In this document: one piece after another, positions 59,469-64,000 of the stretch
Layout: each line of letters opens with the position of its first letter
Numbering within the stretch: the first letter of the stretch is position 1
Source: Phoronis australis
Taxonomy: Eukaryota; Animalia; Phoronida
Assembly: GCA_002633005.1 (NCBI GenBank)
Contig: NMRA01000121.1
Coordinates: 346,434-410,433, forward strand
Direction of reading: 5' to 3'
DNA length: 64,000 nt
Notes under the pieces: model-generated
The model's database searches: none
The model's input: only the letters and a program-made list of their open reading frames with translations
Told to the model about the DNA's origin: nothing
Translations under genes and position numbers: made by a program

Positions 59469-61390
59469 TGCAGTAGGAAATCTCGTGAAATCACTTGAGA
59501 TTTCCTCCTCTACGTGGTGGCGGGAAAGGGTGGGACGTAAACTTGAGACGCTCGGCAATGAGTCACCCAAAAGTAGTTTTGTGGCAGTAACTCGGTCATC
59601 GTGCCTTTTCAAAATTGCTCATGTTACACGACTATGACCTGTATACCGAAAATGCGCGCATTTTGGCAAAAGCGTCTTTTCGCGAATCTGACTAATTCGC
59701 TCACATCACCTTGGCATTGTTACGCTACACATAATTATGAGAAACAGGGAGGAACAAACTCAAGAGCGTCTGAGTGCAGGTCGAGTTTTCGGCAACACAA
59801 TCTTTCCCCTGATGTTAATTTCAGGTTACGTAATTAATTGAAATATATGCATTTATTTCTGGACATGCCCCTTGTGAAACACGGTAACGCTTGTAATGAA
59901 GCTTTGGGTTAACTCCCTAGTATGGTAGCGTGCACCTATGCTCTATTTTTAAAAGTAATTATTCGAATGTAAGCTCATAGATCTTAATACGCTCTGAATC
60001 GACAGTCATTGCTGACAGGCTAACAATTCCTATATAAAGTTATGATCCGGTCAAACCACGTGCCGTTAGAGAAGTTATCATTCACAAAACCATTTTCATG
60101 CAATGTGGGTGCTGATCGGCAAGGACAATTTTAAACAGGTAGTTGATTTAATTTTTTGATCTGCGGCACATTTATTTCGATTGATGCGCGATAACATGTT
60201 ACTTATACGCACATAGACTACAGTGAACCGATGTAAAATGACATTCTCGTTGTCCACAAAATGCGGGTTTTCTACTCGCCTACAATGACTGAATAAAAAG
60301 GGACCCTTAAGTTTATAGAAGGTCCCCACTGTTCAGTAGTATAGATCTCCACCTGCCCATAGTGGTGAAATTCAAATCTTCTGTTGACTGCTGATAACAC
60401 TTTCTCAGAAAAACGCAACTCAAGACAGATTGAGAGAACAGCGGGATTTCGAGCTTGTTGTAATAAAATGGTATTGCTACAACTGGGCAACGGTTGTTGA
60501 GCCCGAAATCGATAACGTTTGCGCCCCGACTAGTACAGAAAATACACTTTAGCGAAGTTCTCTGAAAATCAAATCTTTCATGGTTTGAATAGAGTCATTT
60601 CCGCATTTTACAACTGAAAGTGTCCTGGTTTGTTGACCCTTTGTAATTTGTTGGTAGACCGACACCACAACAAACTTAACTACCGCTTGGAATTGTGTTT
60701 CACGGTTTCACTTTTCACACTTTAAGGAGACATCGACGACAGTTTAGTTGACTTTACATGATGCTGAGTACTCAGCCAGTAATTAAGTGTTAGGTTACTA
60801 TTCACGTATCGCTGTAATGGTCGATGTTTCGAAACCTCATCGTCTGGCTAAAACCGGGGGCAACTGGTTAGCTCAGCGTGGTCAAACTCTATGGAAGATT
60901 TTTGCAAATTTCTATTCATTTTATTGACTAAGTAAGTTCTGACCAACATGGAATTCAGCCCTTGACACAAACTTAGAAGAAAAAATCTCCAACTCTTTGT
61001 TACGTTCTGCTGGGCGATCTTAAAAATATTTCCAGACAATGCACACATAGGACTTGTACTAAGCCCCAAACAATGAACAGTTTGACTGAAGAACTGTTGA
61101 GTTAACCACAAACCAGGGCCAATCAATGAACTATTACAAAGTCATTATACTAATGCACACATGTCTCGATGTGTTCATGGGGTGAAAACAACGAAAATAA
61201 ACTGTACGTGGAGGTGTCAAGCTGTTAAAAACAGAGATCGTTTCAGAACTCTTGATCGTGCAGTGTTTTGACGCGCTACTGGTAGCCTAGGCGCATTGTC
61301 TATTTTGATACGTCGGCGTATTATATATAGGTGTATATGATATATTTAAAAACACAAGCTCTCATACTTTAAAATATAATTGACCACACT

Positions 61391-61484
61391 GTGGTGCACC
61401 CCCCATATATAGACCATGGGCGGGACAGCACTGAAAAAAGTGGTAGCTATAGCCCCCCCAGCCCCCTATGGTGCGCCGCCCATG
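61391..61484. mobile_element. CATGGGCGG-terminated MITE family copy
   Basis: 70-bp unit 61415-61484, CATGGGCGG..CCGCCCATG; inverted relative to 18554-18660. Confidence 0.7.
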
Positions 61485-62480
61485 TTCCAGGGTTCCTGCA
61501 GAAAGCTAATTTGGTCGCCAGAAGAGAACTTTTAAATGAAACCTGTCTTAAATTGAGACTGATTACTCACACTGAAATCTAATGAGACATCTTGCCAAAG
61601 TTTTTAAAGTAGTCGGCAATCAAAATAATTTTCTATGACCACTTTGTAAAGTTTCAGAAATTTCGTGTAATTCGTTAATGCTTGATTCCACCATTTGCAA
61701 TTCCTTTATCGGAATGTATTGATGAGAACGGATACAGAAAGTTTGGATACTGGCATTGGAGTGATATAGCAAAAGACAGCAAAGAGGACCTCTTTTACCC
61801 CTATCGTTGTCTCGGCCCACGTCTGGCCAGACGTGCACGGCTACTTAATTGCACCCCTCTAGTCTGGGCCCGCTCGTGGGCAGATACATGCCCGGCTTCT
61901 TGCACTCCTCTAGCCTGAACCAGCGCCTGCGCAGACATGTCCGGCCTCAGCTTCCACGTCCCATTTTTCAGTACATCATACAAGCGTAGACTTAGGGTTG
62001 ACGGCTTTTTCCAGGAAGTACCCACCCTGAGTGCGTAAACAAAATACCTTTCTTCCAAACGTTTAAATCAGCCGGGCTTCGTCTAAGTGTTTCCATTGTA
62101 TTAAATCTGTTCTCACACCCCGGGGGGTTGTCTAGTTCTTAGTCACGAACTATTTTTCTTTCTCCACTGTCTGCCAGTTATCCATAGTGTGCAAATATTT
62201 TCCCTATTTTGCTCGGCATTCTTTTCGTAAGTTTTCTCACACTCAAAGTCATTCTGTAAAATAACTAGCGACGCAATTGTCATGTGCATTTAATTAAACT
62301 AACATTAAATAAAGGTTTCGTATGTCCACACCACGGTTTTACGTCCTGTTCGCTCTACAATACTGTCATCTAACAGGCGACAAAGTACGGAGAAATTTGC
62401 ACGACAGCTCCATCGTCCGACTGGTCAGTTGCTCAGTGTTGTATAAAGTCAAAAATAAAAAGACTATTATCATTCGAAAA

Positions 62481-62575
62481 GAGAAGAAGAGAAGAAGATG
62501 GAATGGAGGAAGAAGAAGAGGGAGAAGAAGAGGAACAACAAGATGACGATGACGACGGTGATGATTATGATGATC
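62481..62575. repeat. (GAA)n/(GAT)n triplet low-complexity tract
   Basis: Visible directly; generates spurious acidic and basic ORFs. Confidence 0.9.
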
Positions 62576-63583
62576 CACACCATCGCCACTTCTCCAAGCA
62601 TCGTCTTTTTCACCGCGCGTACAAAACAGAGATTCACCCATTCCACAAAAAACTCAAAAAGCAGCTACACCACGTACCCACTTAATTTACCGTATTTGAA
62701 TTAACCCTTTCGTGGAAAATGCTACTAGTTTGGGTATCAGGAAGTACACAGCGTTCCGTTAACGAGAGTGAATGGAACGTAACTGTTTTAAATGGGTTCA
62801 TGAAACACCTTTAATCTATTTCGCCTTGAGTAACAGTTCTTCTGTTCACTGTTAAAAGACGGAAGTGCTCGTTTCGTTGGTAAACTGAACGAATTTCACA
62901 ATAATTGAAAACAAAACCACCAGTTGTTTTCCAGTAACCGAGTAATATCTCAACTTTCCAAACACACTTTGCGTGCAATCCAGCGTTATAGTAAACTCAT
63001 TCACGCTGACGTTCACGGAAGTATATGACTGAGAAGTCTTACTTCAAAATGTATGTAATGGGTTTATACTAATAACCGATATCACATCATGATTTAAACG
63101 CCCTTTCTCAATAAGTAGTTTTATCACTCAAGGCAGAAAACTTAGTTGATTTAAAAATGAATCCCAGTCTCGTGGCCGATAACCATATATTGAAATTAAA
63201 AAGTTTGTTTTTGAATCAGTCCCATTCTGTTTCTTACTGGGGAGCAATCGCTTCCGACATTTACTCCTTACTCTGCACAATTGTCCTGACTCTAGTCAAC
63301 CATGCTAGGCATGCGTTCAGTGACGCTAGAACCTAGCTAAAATATATCTAAAATCACGTGTTCTCGCTTAAAATATACAGCAATATCTCAAGTGATCTCG
63401 TGAAGTCTTGCTTATTAGCGAGGTCCTAGCATTACTGAACGGGAGGTTGCTTTGTAGTTGCAACCCGTCATACATCTTATTTAGCTGTGTTGCGTCAGGT
63501 AAATTAATGACACACTTTTAAGCACAGCCAGGGCTTTTTCAGGAGTTGTTATTAATATTGCATGTCTGTTTAATCACCTTTAT

Positions 63584-63666
63584 ATTATCATCGCCATCAC
63601 CATCACCATCACCATCACCATCATCATCATCATCATCTTCATCATCACCATCATCACCATCATCAC

Positions 63667-63703
<37 letters not shown>

Positions 63704-63800
63704 TTCATCATCATCACTATTATTATTATCATCATCATCATCACCATTATGATGATGATTATTATTACGATCATTATTAGTATTATTATGGTTATCATTA
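63584..63800. repeat. (CAT/CAC)n and (TAT)n microsatellite
   Basis: Visible directly; generates poly-S and poly-M ORFs. Confidence 0.95.
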
Positions 63801-63812
63801 CTTCTATCATCT

Positions 63813-63946
63813 CATAAGCGGTGCAGCACTGAAGTAAGTGAGGTCTATAGCCCCCTTCAACCCCATATGGACCATGAGCGGCATAGCACTGAAAGAAGTG
63901 GTGGGAGGGGCTAAGTCCCCCAGTCCCCTATGGTGCGCCGCCCATG
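63813..63946. mobile_element. CATGGGCGG-terminated MITE family, tandem composite copy
   Basis: Two units (63813 onward and 63873-63946); flanks CATCT / TATCT. Confidence 0.65.
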
Positions 63947-64000
63947 TATCTCCGTAGTTATTGTGGTCATGACTACCTCTTTAGACAACCCACATTTCCT

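Noticed and set aside
62322-63810. Acidic, poly-Ser and poly-Met ORFs
   Set aside because: Translations of triplet microsatellites
1-64000. Prokaryotic operon, defence system or species assignment
   Set aside because: All genes are spliced eukaryotic genes; the species cannot be established without a database search

Overview
This is AT-rich metazoan (invertebrate-like) genomic DNA with spliceosomal introns, not prokaryotic; most ORF-track entries are spurious or are exons running into introns. I assembled four protein-coding genes by hand from phase-consistent GT-AG exons. (1) PNKP, minus strand, has 13 exons from ~18983/19091 to 1425; its last exon is not found and presumably lies left of the window. 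(2) PEDS1/TMEM189 plasmanylethanolamine desaturase, plus strand, has 5 exons (19200-28709, 279 aa) and sits head-to-head with PNKP across a 108-216 bp bidirectional promoter. (3) An unrecognised two-exon 372-aa hydrophilic gene lies on the plus strand (36202-38399). (4) A secreted coiled-coil + fibrinogen C-terminal domain protein lies on the minus strand (4 exons, 59365-42001, 403 aa). Introns and intergenic DNA hold decayed LINEs, MITEs, a Helentron-associated (HINE-like) element with an array of CTCF-like motifs, Penelope-type minimal hammerhead ribozyme motifs, mini- and microsatellites, and a ~1.7 kb duplication across an N that probably joins two haplotypes. The best candidates for something undescribed are an inverted pair of hammerhead motifs in a PNKP intron, the transposon-borne CTCF-like array, PNKP's putative mitochondrial presequence and expanded linker with a PIP-box-like motif, and the orphan gene. 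Everything was read by eye; no searches were run.
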